Program-made: the position numbers and the translations under genes
From: Myxococcota bacterium
Lineage (GTDB): Bacteria; Myxococcota_A; UBA9160; UBA4427
Assembly (NCBI GenBank): GCA_965250285.1
Contig: OZ252299.1
Coordinates: 3,488,001 to 3,552,000, forward strand
DNA length: 64,000 bases
Reading direction: 5' to 3'
The notes under the pieces: model-generated
What the model saw: the letters and a program-made list of their open reading frames with translations, nothing else
Told to the model about the DNA's origin: nothing
The model's database searches: none
Shown: positions 49,665-59,007 of the stretch, piece after piece
Position numbering within the stretch: position 1 is the first letter of the stretch
How the letters are laid out: each line of letters starts with the position of its first letter

Positions 49665-50819
49665 CTAGGGCAACGGGATGAAGTCCTCGACGAGGTCTTC
49701 CCAGGTGCCGAGTGAAGGATCGACGAGACCCGACGACCACTCGTCGAGCGTCACGCCATCGATCGTCTGCGAGTAGAAGAGCGGGCTCTGCACCGCGGTG
49801 TGCGAATCGTCGCCGCTCTTGATGAACCGCTTGTAGCGGTTCGGGTGGTTGGCCTGCAGCTCGCCCGACTGCTCGAGGATCAGATCTCGGTACGCCTCCT
49901 GTGTCGGAACGTTCAGGAAGAACCGGTTCGTGGCGTCACCGTCGGTCTCGTACCACGCCTCGCGAATCGAGCGATCGCGCTCGAGGCGCCAGTCGATCAC
50001 GGCCGTCGCCTTGCCGAACGCGCTGCACTCTTCGCAGCTCTTCGGGTAGAACTGGCCGAACTGCCAGTCTTCGGCGCGGGCGGCGATCGCATCGACCTCG
50101 TCGAGGTTGACCGTGACCGGCCCCGCATCATTCAGCACGGAGAGGTCGGCCCGGTTGCCCCAGAGGAAGCGAGCGAGGAAGGGCGCGAAGCCGTCGACGC
50201 CGACGCCACCGGCGCTCGAGCCCGACAGCGTGATGTTCTTCGCGTGGGGATAGAGCGACTTGGCGACGTCCATTGCCGCCGACTGGTTGCGCAGGCCGCG
50301 GTGGAAGCGAACCGGACCGAACGGGAAGTTCGGATCGACCACTTCGTTGTCGCCCGAGAAGACCGAGCCGTCGCAGTACGGCATGTAGACGATCGAGTAG
50401 TCGGCGAACGGGTTGTCGGGGTTGTCGAAGTCGTAGATACCGACGGGCGGTGCGGGCGGCTCCTGGTCTTCAGACAGCACATTGCAGAAGTAGAAATCCT
50501 GCCAGCAGGCGCCGCCGCCCTGCTGGAAGATCAGCAGCTTCTCGGGGTCGCCGTCGCGGGTGAACGCCGAGAACGGCGTGCCGGCGATGCAGATCGGACC
50601 CTCGCCGCCGTCGGGGTCGAAGGTGTGCTTGGTCCAACCGTCTTCGATCTCGGTTGAAGACGCCGGCGTATACTCGCCGAGATACTTGTTGACGCCCGCA
50701 GCCTTGAGCTCGAGCTTGGCGAAGAAGTCGAGGCCCTTGCAGCGCGCGCCTGTGAACAACAGCGCGACGAACACGAGCGTCAGTACGAGAAAAGTGCGAT
50801 GGCCGGGCTTGCGAGTCAC
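49665..50819 (-). CDS. Pectinacetylesterase-family (Notum-like) secreted hydrolase or lipoprotein
   Basis: GGGACW, PYCDGSVFSG, nucleophile GSSAGG, C-terminal HT; GGAGG RBS. Confidence 0.8.
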   Translation of the reverse strand: MTRKPGHRTFLVLTLVFVALLFTGARCKGLDFFAKLELKAAGVNKYLGEYTPASSTEIEDGWTKHTFDPDGGEGPICIAGTPFSAFTRDGDPEKLLIFQQGGGACWQDFYFCNVLSEDQEPPAPPVGIYDFDNPDNPFADYSIVYMPYCDGSVFSGDNEVVDPNFPFGPVRFHRGLRNQSAAMDVAKSLYPHAKNITLSGSSAGGVGVDGFAPFLARFLWGNRADLSVLNDAGPVTVNLDEVDAIAARAEDWQFGQFYPKSCEECSAFGKATAVIDWRLERDRSIREAWYETDGDATNRFFLNVPTQEAYRDLILEQSGELQANHPNRYKRFIKSGDDSHTAVQSPLFYSQTIDGVTLDEWSSGLVDPSLGTWEDLVEDFIPLP

Positions 50820-51103
50820 GGGACCCTCCTCCTGTGGCAGCCTGATAATCGAACTCGCACCCTCTCATCGATGTTGTGGCGGTGTCAATGCGAAAGCTGC
50901 GCCTTCGTGCGCCCGACTGAGCTGCCCGCCCACCCCAGGCTGAACGGGTGCGAATCGCCTCGGACAGATCGGAACGGGCAGCGATCGCGGAGCCTTGGGA
51001 CGCTGCGACTTCGAGTCATGTACGAACCGCCCGCACGCCGTTGCGCCGGCGCGGAGTGGTAGCGTTGGCGATCCGCCGGCCCCGGTGAAGGAGGATCCAC
51101 CCC

Positions 51104-51862
51104 ATGCGTTCGACCCCCTCGCTGCCCCGCCGCGCCCTGGCGTGGCTCGCGCTGCCGCTCGTCGGCCTGGCCGGCTGCTCGAGCATGCAGATGCCCGACC
51201 TCACCCAGATCTTCACGGGCTCGGGTGCGCTCGACGAGGCCACGGTCGCCGATGGCCTGCGCCAGGCGCTCACGATCGGCACCGAGCGCGCGACCGAAGA
51301 GCTCTCGGCGCAGGGCGGGTTCGCAGACAACCCCGCCCTGCGACTCGTACTGCCCGACCAGCTCGATCCGCTCGTCGACACGGCGCGAACCATCGGGCTC
51401 GGCTCGGTGGTCGACTCGCTCGACGACGGCATGAACCGCGCGGCCGAGCTCGCCGCCGGCGAAGCGGTACCCGTGTTCGCATCGGCCATCAAGCAGATGA
51501 CGATCGCCGATGCGTTCGCGATTCTGCGCGGCCCCGACGACGCTGCGACGCAGTACTTCCACGAGAAGACCACCGGGCCGCTCGAAGCGCGCTTCGAGCC
51601 CGTCGTGAAGCAGGCGATGGACGACGTCGGCGTCTACGCCCAGTACAAGAAGCTGATCGGCCGCTACGAGATGCTGCCCTTCGCGAAGCCGATGCCGCCG
51701 AGCCTCGAGGGCTACGTCACGCAGAAGACGCTCGACGGGCTGTTCAGCGTGCTCGCGCAAGAAGAGGCCCGTATCCGCGAAGACCCGGTCGCGCGCACCA
51801 CCTCGCTGCTGCAGAAGGTGTTCGGCTCGCAGCAGGCCGAAGAGGCCCGGGCCACGCCCTGA
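51104..51862 (+). CDS. DUF4197-family lipoprotein
   Basis: Lipobox LAGC; GLRQAL, MNRAAE, DAFAILRG.DDAATQYF, IREDPVARTTSLLQKVFG; AAGGAGG RBS. Confidence 0.9.
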   Translation: MRSTPSLPRRALAWLALPLVGLAGCSSMQMPDLTQIFTGSGALDEATVADGLRQALTIGTERATEELSAQGGFADNPALRLVLPDQLDPLVDTARTIGLGSVVDSLDDGMNRAAELAAGEAVPVFASAIKQMTIADAFAILRGPDDAATQYFHEKTTGPLEARFEPVVKQAMDDVGVYAQYKKLIGRYEMLPFAKPMPPSLEGYVTQKTLDGLFSVLAQEEARIREDPVARTTSLLQKVFGSQQAEEARATP

Positions 51863-52066
51863 ATCGACGAGCCGAGCGCGCACCCACCGGCCCGGGTGCA
51901 CGGCGCCTGTCCGACCGGCTTCCCACTCCACGCGAATCTTCCTCTCCCGCTGCGCGGCTCTGCGCTGGGTTGCGGCGAGCGTGATTGCGCTCGCCCCGTG
52001 CCCACGGAGCGCCGATGTAGAGACGCGCCCGCGCGGTCTCGCGCGAACGCGGTAGGAGAGATTCGC

Positions 52067-53320
52067 ATGAGCGCCACCCGTGAGCCCCGGCGCAAGCCGC
52101 CCGGGCGGATCACCCGATTTCTGTGGTCGTGCGCGGGCGCCGACCCCGACATTCTCGCGCGCTGTCCGCACACCGACTCGGTGAAGTTCCAGGGCGTGGG
52201 CGGCGTCGTGCTCGCGACGTCGGTGCTCGCCTTCGCCTCGGGCTCGTATGCCTTCTATACCGTGTTCGAGCCCAAGACCGGCATGGCCCTCGCGCGCGAC
52301 ATCCACTGGCCGACGGTCGCGATGGCGGTGTTCGCCGGCCTCGTCTGGGGCCTGGTCATCTTCAACATCGACCGCTTCATCGTGTCGAGCACCGGCAAGG
52401 GCGACGGCACCGAGGCGGTAACCCTGCGCGAGATCGGTCAGTCGATCCCGCGCCTCGTCATGGCCGTGCTGCTCGGCGTCGTGATCTCGGCGCCTCTCGA
52501 GATCCGCATCCTCAAGCCCGAGATCGATGCCCAGCTCGAGCTCGAGCAGAACGAGTACCTCGCGCAGCTGAATCAGCACTCGCAGCAGATGTTTCAGGCT
52601 TCGAAGGACGAGCTGCGCGCCAAGCTCGCTTCGGCGATGAGTCGCCTCGACGAGCGCGAGAGCTACTTCGAGAAGCGTCGCATCGAGATCAACGCGCAGC
52701 GACGCCTGCTCGAGCTCGAGGCCGAGGGCCGCACCGGCAGCGGCGTCGCCGGCCGGGGCCCGGCCTGGCGCGACAAGCGCGACACCCTCGACCAGATGAC
52801 GGCCGAGCTCGAACGCGACCGCGCGCGCGACGCCGAGAAGAGCGAATCGATCGTGCAGGAGGTCGCGCGCTGGAAGACCGAGCTCGCTTCGGTCGACGAC
52901 CGCCTCGACGAAGCGATGGCAAGCAACCTCGAGCAAGCGCGCCATCTCGACGGCTTGATGAAGCGCATCCACATCTCGCACGAGATCGGTGGCGTGGTGC
53001 CCTGGGTGATCCTCCTGCTGCTGCTCGCCATCGAGACCGGGCCCATCTTCTTCAAGATGATGCTGCGCAAAGGCGCCTACGATCATCTCGTCGAAAACGA
53101 GATGCGGGTCGCCATGGCCAGGGCCGGCATCGAGGTCGATGCGCAGATCTATCTGCCCGACACGCGCGAGGAGATTCGCGTCGACGTCTACCACCAGGCC
53201 GAGGCCGCGTTCGAAGACGCGCGTCGGCGCATCGCGAGCGCGCGGGCGCCCGGGGCAACACCGCGACCGCAAGCCGCCGCGGCGCCGAGCCCTCGAGCCG
53301 AGGTCGAAGCGCCCAAGTGA
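52067..53320 (+). CDS. DUF4407-like membrane protein (3 TM, long coiled coil, 1 TM)
   Basis: AGGAG RBS; CAGAD..IL, WGLVIFNIDRFIVSS, PRL, ISAPLE, EGRTGSGVAGRGP, IETGPIFFK. Confidence 0.8.
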   Translation: MSATREPRRKPPGRITRFLWSCAGADPDILARCPHTDSVKFQGVGGVVLATSVLAFASGSYAFYTVFEPKTGMALARDIHWPTVAMAVFAGLVWGLVIFNIDRFIVSSTGKGDGTEAVTLREIGQSIPRLVMAVLLGVVISAPLEIRILKPEIDAQLELEQNEYLAQLNQHSQQMFQASKDELRAKLASAMSRLDERESYFEKRRIEINAQRRLLELEAEGRTGSGVAGRGPAWRDKRDTLDQMTAELERDRARDAEKSESIVQEVARWKTELASVDDRLDEAMASNLEQARHLDGLMKRIHISHEIGGVVPWVILLLLLAIETGPIFFKMMLRKGAYDHLVENEMRVAMARAGIEVDAQIYLPDTREEIRVDVYHQAEAAFEDARRRIASARAPGATPRPQAAAAPSPRAEVEAPK

Positions 53321-55215
53321 ACGACGGCTGGATCGAAGGACGCTTCGAGGGCACCTACGAAGGCGAGCGCCTCGACGACGATGGCGGCGCCGCGCGCGGC
53401 CGGCGTTTCAGCTTTCGTCTGCGCTCGGGCGCCGTGCTCGATGCGACGCCCGTCGATGGCCCCTTCGAGCGCGATCCGGCCACCGAGACGCCCGACGAGA
53501 TTCGGCAGGACCGCGTCGGCGAGATCCGACTGACGGTGCCGGTGCTCGAGATCGATCGCAGCGACACGTCGCTGTTCGATGTGCGCATCGTCGACTGGCG
53601 CCTGTCGCACGGGGCCGAGAGCAAGCGCCGAAGCCACGGGCGCATCGTCGGGCGCGTGCGCGCACGGCTCTTGCCCGGCGCGCCGCCGCCGGTGCCCGAG
53701 GAGCTCGATGAAGCGCCCGATCTCGAGACCACTGCGTTCACCGAGCTCGAAACCCACGACGCAGCCCTCGAGCTCGCCGAGCCGCCGCGACGCGCACGCG
53801 TTGCGCCTCGGGTCGCGACGGGTGAGCTCGCGCATCCCGCGTCGACCGAGGTCGAGGCCCCCGATGCCGACCTCGTCTATGACCGGCTCTGGTTCATCGC
53901 CTCGGTGATCGCCGCACTCAGCGCAGCGCTCGCGATTCGCATCGGCTGCGGCGAACGGCTGGCCTGGCTCTGGCTCGCCGCAATCGGCACCGGCATCTTG
54001 CTGCGCTATTTCGCACGCGACGCGATCCGGGCACAGACCGGCGGGCAGACCGCGCTGGCGACGCTCGTCGTCGGCTCGCAGCTCGTGCTCTGGCTCGAGC
54101 CGCTCGCCTGGGGCGCGAGCCTCTGGTGCACGACACCGACGCAGTGGCAGCTCGGCGGGCTCGGTGGCGCCGTGCTCGCCGCTTCGTTGCTGCGGCGGCG
54201 CATCGTCTTCGCGACGACCGCGCTGGTCTGGACGGCGACGGTGTGCCTGTGGTGCAGCGCGATGAACGGCGCCTGCGTGGCGCCCGCTGCGGCGTTCGGC
54301 GAACGGGATCCGTCGTCGCTCGAGACCCCGCCGCCCGCGTCGACGACGCCCCATGCAGCCCCCCCGCGCACGTCGCCCGACGGGCACTGGCCGGTCATGC
54401 CCGGCCTGCGGCCCGGCGGCGGAGGCGGAGGGGGTACCGGCCTTGCGGGGCAGCCTGGTTTCACTCGCCGGGGTGCCACCGGCGGCAGCGCCGCGGGGAG
54501 CGGCGGAGACCGCTGGTCGGGCGCACCGGGCGCACGCGCCCCGAACCTCGACGCACTGGCGGCGGGCTCGGGCTTGGCCGCGAGCGCGGGCTCCAGCACG
54601 CGTGCGAACGACCAAGCGATCACCGATTCGCCCGTGGCGTCTTCGGGTGAAGCCGCGTCTCGACTCGGCGCCGCGAGCGACCGCACCGAAGCACCGGCGC
54701 CGCCCGACGCCGCGCCGAGATCACCGCAGCCGCGCGGCAGCGGCGCGTCGACCACGCGCGGCGGCTGGGTCGCCGCCGACCACCGCGAGGCGAGCGGCCG
54801 CGCCGAGCTGATCTCGCTCGAACACGCGAACCGCGTGCCGGGCTCGTTCTTCGACAGCGGCGGCGAGCGCCGCGTGTACGTACCGACCGATGCGATCTTC
54901 GAGCCGGGCAGCGCCGACGTGCGTGCGACCGGGGCGCTCGCACTCGGCCGCGTCGCCGCGCTGCTCGAGCTCGAGCCCGAGCGGCGCAAGCTGCTCGTCG
55001 TCCACACCGACGTCGGCGCCGGGCTCGACGTGCAGCAGCGACTCAGCGATCGCCGCGCGGCGAGCGTACGCGACTGGCTGCAGTCACGGGGCCACGTCGA
55101 GGGCGACCGATTCGAGGTCGTCGGCGCAGGCGGCGCCTACCCGCTGGTACCGCCCGACGGGAGCTACGCCGCCCAGGCGCCGAATCGGCGCATCGAGATC
55201 GACCTGATCGACTGA
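53317..55215 (+). CDS. Multi-pass membrane protein with a C-terminal OmpA/MotB-like peptidoglycan-binding domain
   Basis: GTGA overlap with the upstream stop; about 5 hydrophobic helices; Gly/Ala/Pro/Ser linker; DAIFEPGSA, HTD, LSDRRAASV, NRRIEI. Confidence 0.8.
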   Translation: MNDGWIEGRFEGTYEGERLDDDGGAARGRRFSFRLRSGAVLDATPVDGPFERDPATETPDEIRQDRVGEIRLTVPVLEIDRSDTSLFDVRIVDWRLSHGAESKRRSHGRIVGRVRARLLPGAPPPVPEELDEAPDLETTAFTELETHDAALELAEPPRRARVAPRVATGELAHPASTEVEAPDADLVYDRLWFIASVIAALSAALAIRIGCGERLAWLWLAAIGTGILLRYFARDAIRAQTGGQTALATLVVGSQLVLWLEPLAWGASLWCTTPTQWQLGGLGGAVLAASLLRRRIVFATTALVWTATVCLWCSAMNGACVAPAAAFGERDPSSLETPPPASTTPHAAPPRTSPDGHWPVMPGLRPGGGGGGGTGLAGQPGFTRRGATGGSAAGSGGDRWSGAPGARAPNLDALAAGSGLAASAGSSTRANDQAITDSPVASSGEAASRLGAASDRTEAPAPPDAAPRSPQPRGSGASTTRGGWVAADHREASGRAELISLEHANRVPGSFFDSGGERRVYVPTDAIFEPGSADVRATGALALGRVAALLELEPERRKLLVVHTDVGAGLDVQQRLSDRRAASVRDWLQSRGHVEGDRFEVVGAGGAYPLVPPDGSYAAQAPNRRIEIDLID

Positions 55216-55344
55216 GCCGCGGGGCGAGTTGCCGGCGCGTTGCCGGTGAACTGCACATTCGCAAGCGGCGGGCTCACCCGGGCCCGACCTGCGTCGCGCA
55301 CACCCAAGAATACCGGCACGTGCGCCGATGTAGCCGAAGACACC

Positions 55345-56463
55345 ATGGAAGCCTCGCCCCGTCAGCTCGCTCTCGATCGACTCGAGCAGTTCCTCTCGTA
55401 TGGGACCGCGCGACTGTCCCGCGCCGATCTGCTCCTCACCCGCCGAGCGCGCGGCTTCGGGCTCTTCGGGCTCGGGATCGTCACGCTCATCGCGCTGGTT
55501 GCCTCGATCAGCATCTCACCCGCCCTCGTGCTCGTCGGCTGGGCCGTGCTGGTGTCGTCGATCGCGGGCTCGCTCTCACTCAGCTTCGTGAAACAGGCGC
55601 GCTACACGCGCCTCTTCAGCCACTTCGGCATCGGCTCGATCCTCGCGGGCATCTTCGCGACGTCGCTCTACATCGGGCCATCGGCCGGCGTCGGCGCGAC
55701 TTTCCCGATTCTGCTGATCCTGGTCACCTGCTACATCCTCGGCGCGAAGGCGGCCGTCGGTTGGACGGCCATGGCCATCGCCGCCCTCGGCTTCGAGACC
55801 TTCACGAGCGATCCGGGCTTTCATCAGGTCGCGGGCGTCGAGTCTTCTCGCGAGTCGTACTTCGGCCTGCGCGCGCTGGTCTTTCTGGGCGTGTGCGCCC
55901 TCGCGGCCATCGAACGCCGCTTCGCCGACGGCAAGGATGCCCAGCTCGAGTTTCTCGCCCGCCACGACGAGCTCACCGGGCTCTGCAACCGTCGGGCGTT
56001 CGAAGAGCGCGCCACCGAAGGCCTGGCCCGAGTGAAGCGTCACGATCGCAGCCTCGCGATGCTCGTCATCGATCTCGATGGCTTCAAGGCGGTGAACGAT
56101 CGCTACGGCCACGCTGCGGGCGACGCGGTGTTGCGCACCGTCGGCCAGCGCATCTCGAGCCGCACGCGCTCGACCGACACGGCATGCCGCATGGGCGGCG
56201 ACGAGTTTCTGGTGCTGCTCGAGGACGTGCGCGAAGAGAAGGACGTCGTGCTCTACGCCGAGCGTCTGGCCCATGTGCTCTGCGAGCCGGTCGTCGTCGG
56301 CAACGACGCGCTCCGCGTGGGCGCCAGCGTCGGCATCGCGTTCGCACCGCGCGATGGCATCACACCCGAAGACCTGAGCCGCGCCGCCGACATCGCCATG
56401 TTCTCGGCCAAGAAAGAAGGCGGCAACGGAGTGCACGTCTACGACGGAGCGCCGCTGGCCTGA
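55345..56463 (+). CDS. Membrane-bound diguanylate cyclase (GGDEF)
   Basis: About 6 TM; HDELTGLCNRR, DLDGFKAVNDRYGH, RSTD I-site, RMGGDEF. Confidence 0.93.
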   Translation: MEASPRQLALDRLEQFLSYGTARLSRADLLLTRRARGFGLFGLGIVTLIALVASISISPALVLVGWAVLVSSIAGSLSLSFVKQARYTRLFSHFGIGSILAGIFATSLYIGPSAGVGATFPILLILVTCYILGAKAAVGWTAMAIAALGFETFTSDPGFHQVAGVESSRESYFGLRALVFLGVCALAAIERRFADGKDAQLEFLARHDELTGLCNRRAFEERATEGLARVKRHDRSLAMLVIDLDGFKAVNDRYGHAAGDAVLRTVGQRISSRTRSTDTACRMGGDEFLVLLEDVREEKDVVLYAERLAHVLCEPVVVGNDALRVGASVGIAFAPRDGITPEDLSRAADIAMFSAKKEGGNGVHVYDGAPLA

Positions 56464-56496
56464 ATTCGCGCGAACGGGTCCACCCGCACGGGGGCG

Positions 56497-58140
56497 TCAG
56501 TACCCGGCCGCGAGCCCGTCCTTGCGCCGATCCGACGCACCGTGGAGCACGCCCGTCTCGGGATGAATCGCGATCGCCTGCCCGCCTCCGAAGCCGCCGC
56601 GCAGGGCTGCGTGGGCGGCGGGCCGAACGGTGTGACCGCGGGCTTCGAGCGCTACGCCTTTCTCGTCGGTGAAGTCGTGTTCGAGCGCGACGTCGCAGCC
56701 GCCCATGAAGTTGAAGCGCGGCGCATCGAGCGCCTCTTGCACGTTCATCCCGTGATCGACGAGGTTCGAGACGAACTGCAGGTGCGCCTGCGCCTGGATG
56801 TCGCCGCCCATGATGCCGAACGAGACGAGGGGCCGGTCGCCTTCGAAGAGCATCGCCGGGCAGAGCGTATGAAAGGGGCGCTTGCCCGGGGCGAGCTCGT
56901 TCGGGTGCCCGGCTGACAGCGAGAAGCCGCGACCCCGATTCTGCAGCACGATGCCCGTGTCGCCCGCCACCAGGCCCGAGCCGAAGGGCCCGTAGAGGCT
57001 GTTGATGAACGAGACCACGTTGCCCTCACCATCGGCCGTCGTGAGATAGACGGTGTCGCTGCCCCGGGGCGGCGCGCCGCCGAGATCGCGCGCGGCGCGC
57101 GCCGGATCGATGGCCTGGGCCCGGCGGCGCAGTGCTTCGGGGTCGAGCATCGCCTCGAACGAGCGCGTCATGTGGTCGGGGTCGGCCACGTCGGCGTCAC
57201 GGTCGAGAAACGCCGCCTTGACCGCCTCGACGCGCAGGTGCAGTGCGTCGACCGAGCCGGGCTCGAGCGCGGGCATGTCGAAGTGCGAGAGCATCTCGAG
57301 CGCAATCAGCGCGGTGATGCCCTGCGAGTTGGGCGGCACCTCGAAGACCCGGTGCCCCCGATACTCGCCCGAGATCGGCTCGACCCAATCGGGGCGCGCT
57401 TCGGCGAAATCCGTCGCCGTGAACTGGCCGCCTTCGGCCTGCAGGGCCGCCCGAATGGCGACGCAGAGCTCGCCCTCGTAGAACGCTCGGGGCCCTTCCT
57501 TCGCGAGCACGCGAAGCGAACGCGCCAGATCTTCGAAGCGCACGACTTCGCCGAGCTTGGGCGCACGGCCCGACGGCGCAAAGCAGCACCGGGCCGCATC
57601 GTTCTTGAGAAAGCCAAGATCGACGACGGCGCCCCATTCGAAGCCGATCACCTCGCTCACGGCGAACCCGGCCTCGGCGATCTCGATGGCCGGCGCGAGC
57701 GCGTCGCCGAACGAGCGGGTGCCGAAGCGGGCGAGCAGGGCATCCCAGGCGCCGACCGCGCCCGGCACGGTGACGGTCTCGATGCCCTGGGCGGGCATGA
57801 CTTCGTGGCCGGCGGCGCGCAGCCGCTCGGCCGAGGCCGACGCGGGGGCGCGACCGCTGCCGTTCAAGGCGTACAGCTGCTGGTCGCGCGCGCTCCACAC
57901 GAGGGCAAAGCAGTCGCCGCCGATGCCGGTGTTGTAGGGCTCGACCACACCGAGCACGGCCGCCGCGATGACCGCGGCGTCGATCGCGTTGGCGCCCTCG
58001 CGCAGCGCCTGCAGCCCGGCCTGCGAGGCGAGGGGCTGGCTCGCGCACACCACGCCGTTGCGCGCGAGCACCATCGAACGGTGGCTGCGAAAGGGATCGC
58101 GCGCGGCGAGGCGTCGTGAGCCGAAGGCAGGGTGGGACAC
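56497..58140 (-). CDS. ggt: Gamma-glutamyltransferase (no signal peptide seen)
   Basis: GANAIDAA, GIGGDCF, TVPG, PPNSQG, nucleophile DTVY, PGKRPFHT, SDRRKDG; start approximate. Confidence 0.92.
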   Translation of the reverse strand: MSHPAFGSRRLAARDPFRSHRSMVLARNGVVCASQPLASQAGLQALREGANAIDAAVIAAAVLGVVEPYNTGIGGDCFALVWSARDQQLYALNGSGRAPASASAERLRAAGHEVMPAQGIETVTVPGAVGAWDALLARFGTRSFGDALAPAIEIAEAGFAVSEVIGFEWGAVVDLGFLKNDAARCCFAPSGRAPKLGEVVRFEDLARSLRVLAKEGPRAFYEGELCVAIRAALQAEGGQFTATDFAEARPDWVEPISGEYRGHRVFEVPPNSQGITALIALEMLSHFDMPALEPGSVDALHLRVEAVKAAFLDRDADVADPDHMTRSFEAMLDPEALRRRAQAIDPARAARDLGGAPPRGSDTVYLTTADGEGNVVSFINSLYGPFGSGLVAGDTGIVLQNRGRGFSLSAGHPNELAPGKRPFHTLCPAMLFEGDRPLVSFGIMGGDIQAQAHLQFVSNLVDHGMNVQEALDAPRFNFMGGCDVALEHDFTDEKGVALEARGHTVRPAAHAALRGGFGGGQAIAIHPETGVLHGASDRRKDGLAAGY

Positions 58141-58247
58141 GGGGCGGTGCACTCCCTCGTCGTTCGCGGCGGCCGGGCTCCGAGGCCGGCCCACCGCGCG
58201 CATCCGAGCAGGGTATCACGCAGGCGGCCGCGGCTCGGTGCGCGCGT

Positions 58248-58997
58248 TCAGAAGGGCTGTCGCGGCAGCACATCGCGCGGGTCGACGGGCGTCTCGCCCA
58301 CGCGAATCTCGAAGTGAAGATGCGGGCCGGTCGATCGGCCGGTCGATCCCACTGTGGCGACGGGGTCGCCCCGAGAGACCCTGGCGCCCTCACGCACGAG
58401 CAGGCTCGTCGCATGCGCATAGAGCGTGGTCGTCTCATTGACGTGCCGCACGATGACCGTGCGCCCGTAGCCGCTCAAGCCGTCATCCGAATAGATCACG
58501 GTGCCGCTCGACGCGGCGTAGATCGGCTCGCCGACGTCGGCCGCGATGTCGATGCCCTCGTGCGCCCGGCCGCCGCGCTGACCGAACTCGCTGCTGATGA
58601 CGCCCGCCTGCATCGGCCACGCCCACCGCGAGTCGGATGTCGGTTCGGGCGGCGCTTCAGGGGACGGCGAGGGACGAGGCGCACCGCCCGGCCCGGGCAT
58701 CGGCGCGATCACGCCCGCGTCTTCGAGCACGTCGAGCACCTCGCGGCTGTCGAGCTGCCCGTCGTCGTGGTAGCCCTTCAGCTTCTTTGCGATCGAGGCG
58801 TAGTGGTCGTAGCGCTTCAGCTTCTCGCGGCCCTCGGGTGTGACCGAGAGATACGCGCGCGTGACCTGGTCGGCGATCTGGCAGTGCGCGTTCGTGATGA
58901 CGACCGAGACGAGCAAGGCGACGCGTGCCCCGCGCCAAAACGCGCCGCGGTGGTCGAAGGCGCGAGCAGGTAGTGAGGCGCGGGCGGGGTCGAGCAT
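58248..58997 (-). CDS. M23-family peptidase
   Basis: HEGID, YG, LYAH, STGRSTGPHLHFE; N-terminal hydrophobic segment. Confidence 0.9.
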   Translation of the reverse strand: MLDPARASLPARAFDHRGAFWRGARVALLVSVVITNAHCQIADQVTRAYLSVTPEGREKLKRYDHYASIAKKLKGYHDDGQLDSREVLDVLEDAGVIAPMPGPGGAPRPSPSPEAPPEPTSDSRWAWPMQAGVISSEFGQRGGRAHEGIDIAADVGEPIYAASSGTVIYSDDGLSGYGRTVIVRHVNETTTLYAHATSLLVREGARVSRGDPVATVGSTGRSTGPHLHFEIRVGETPVDPRDVLPRQPF

Positions 58998-59007
58998 CGG
59001 TCGGGTG

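Noticed and set aside
23191..53272. Long antisense ORFs (for example 23191-25824, 27093-28868, 32311-34149, 50885-53272)
   Set aside because: They mirror well-supported genes on the opposite strand and carry no recognisable motifs.
52067..55215. Canonical Zorya (zorAB) or flagellar motAB
   Set aside because: The OmpA-like protein is multi-pass with a large N-terminal domain, and no zorC/D/E or flagellar genes are adjacent. Kept as an analogy only.
14567..55215. Very long ORF-track entries such as 14567-16840, 17557-19836, 18243-20444, 20592-23009, 38152-40155 and 52123-55215 taken at full length
   Set aside because: Their N-terminal parts are Arg/Ala/Pro-rich off-frame read-through typical of high-GC DNA. 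The real genes start at internal codons with an RBS or a stop/start overlap.
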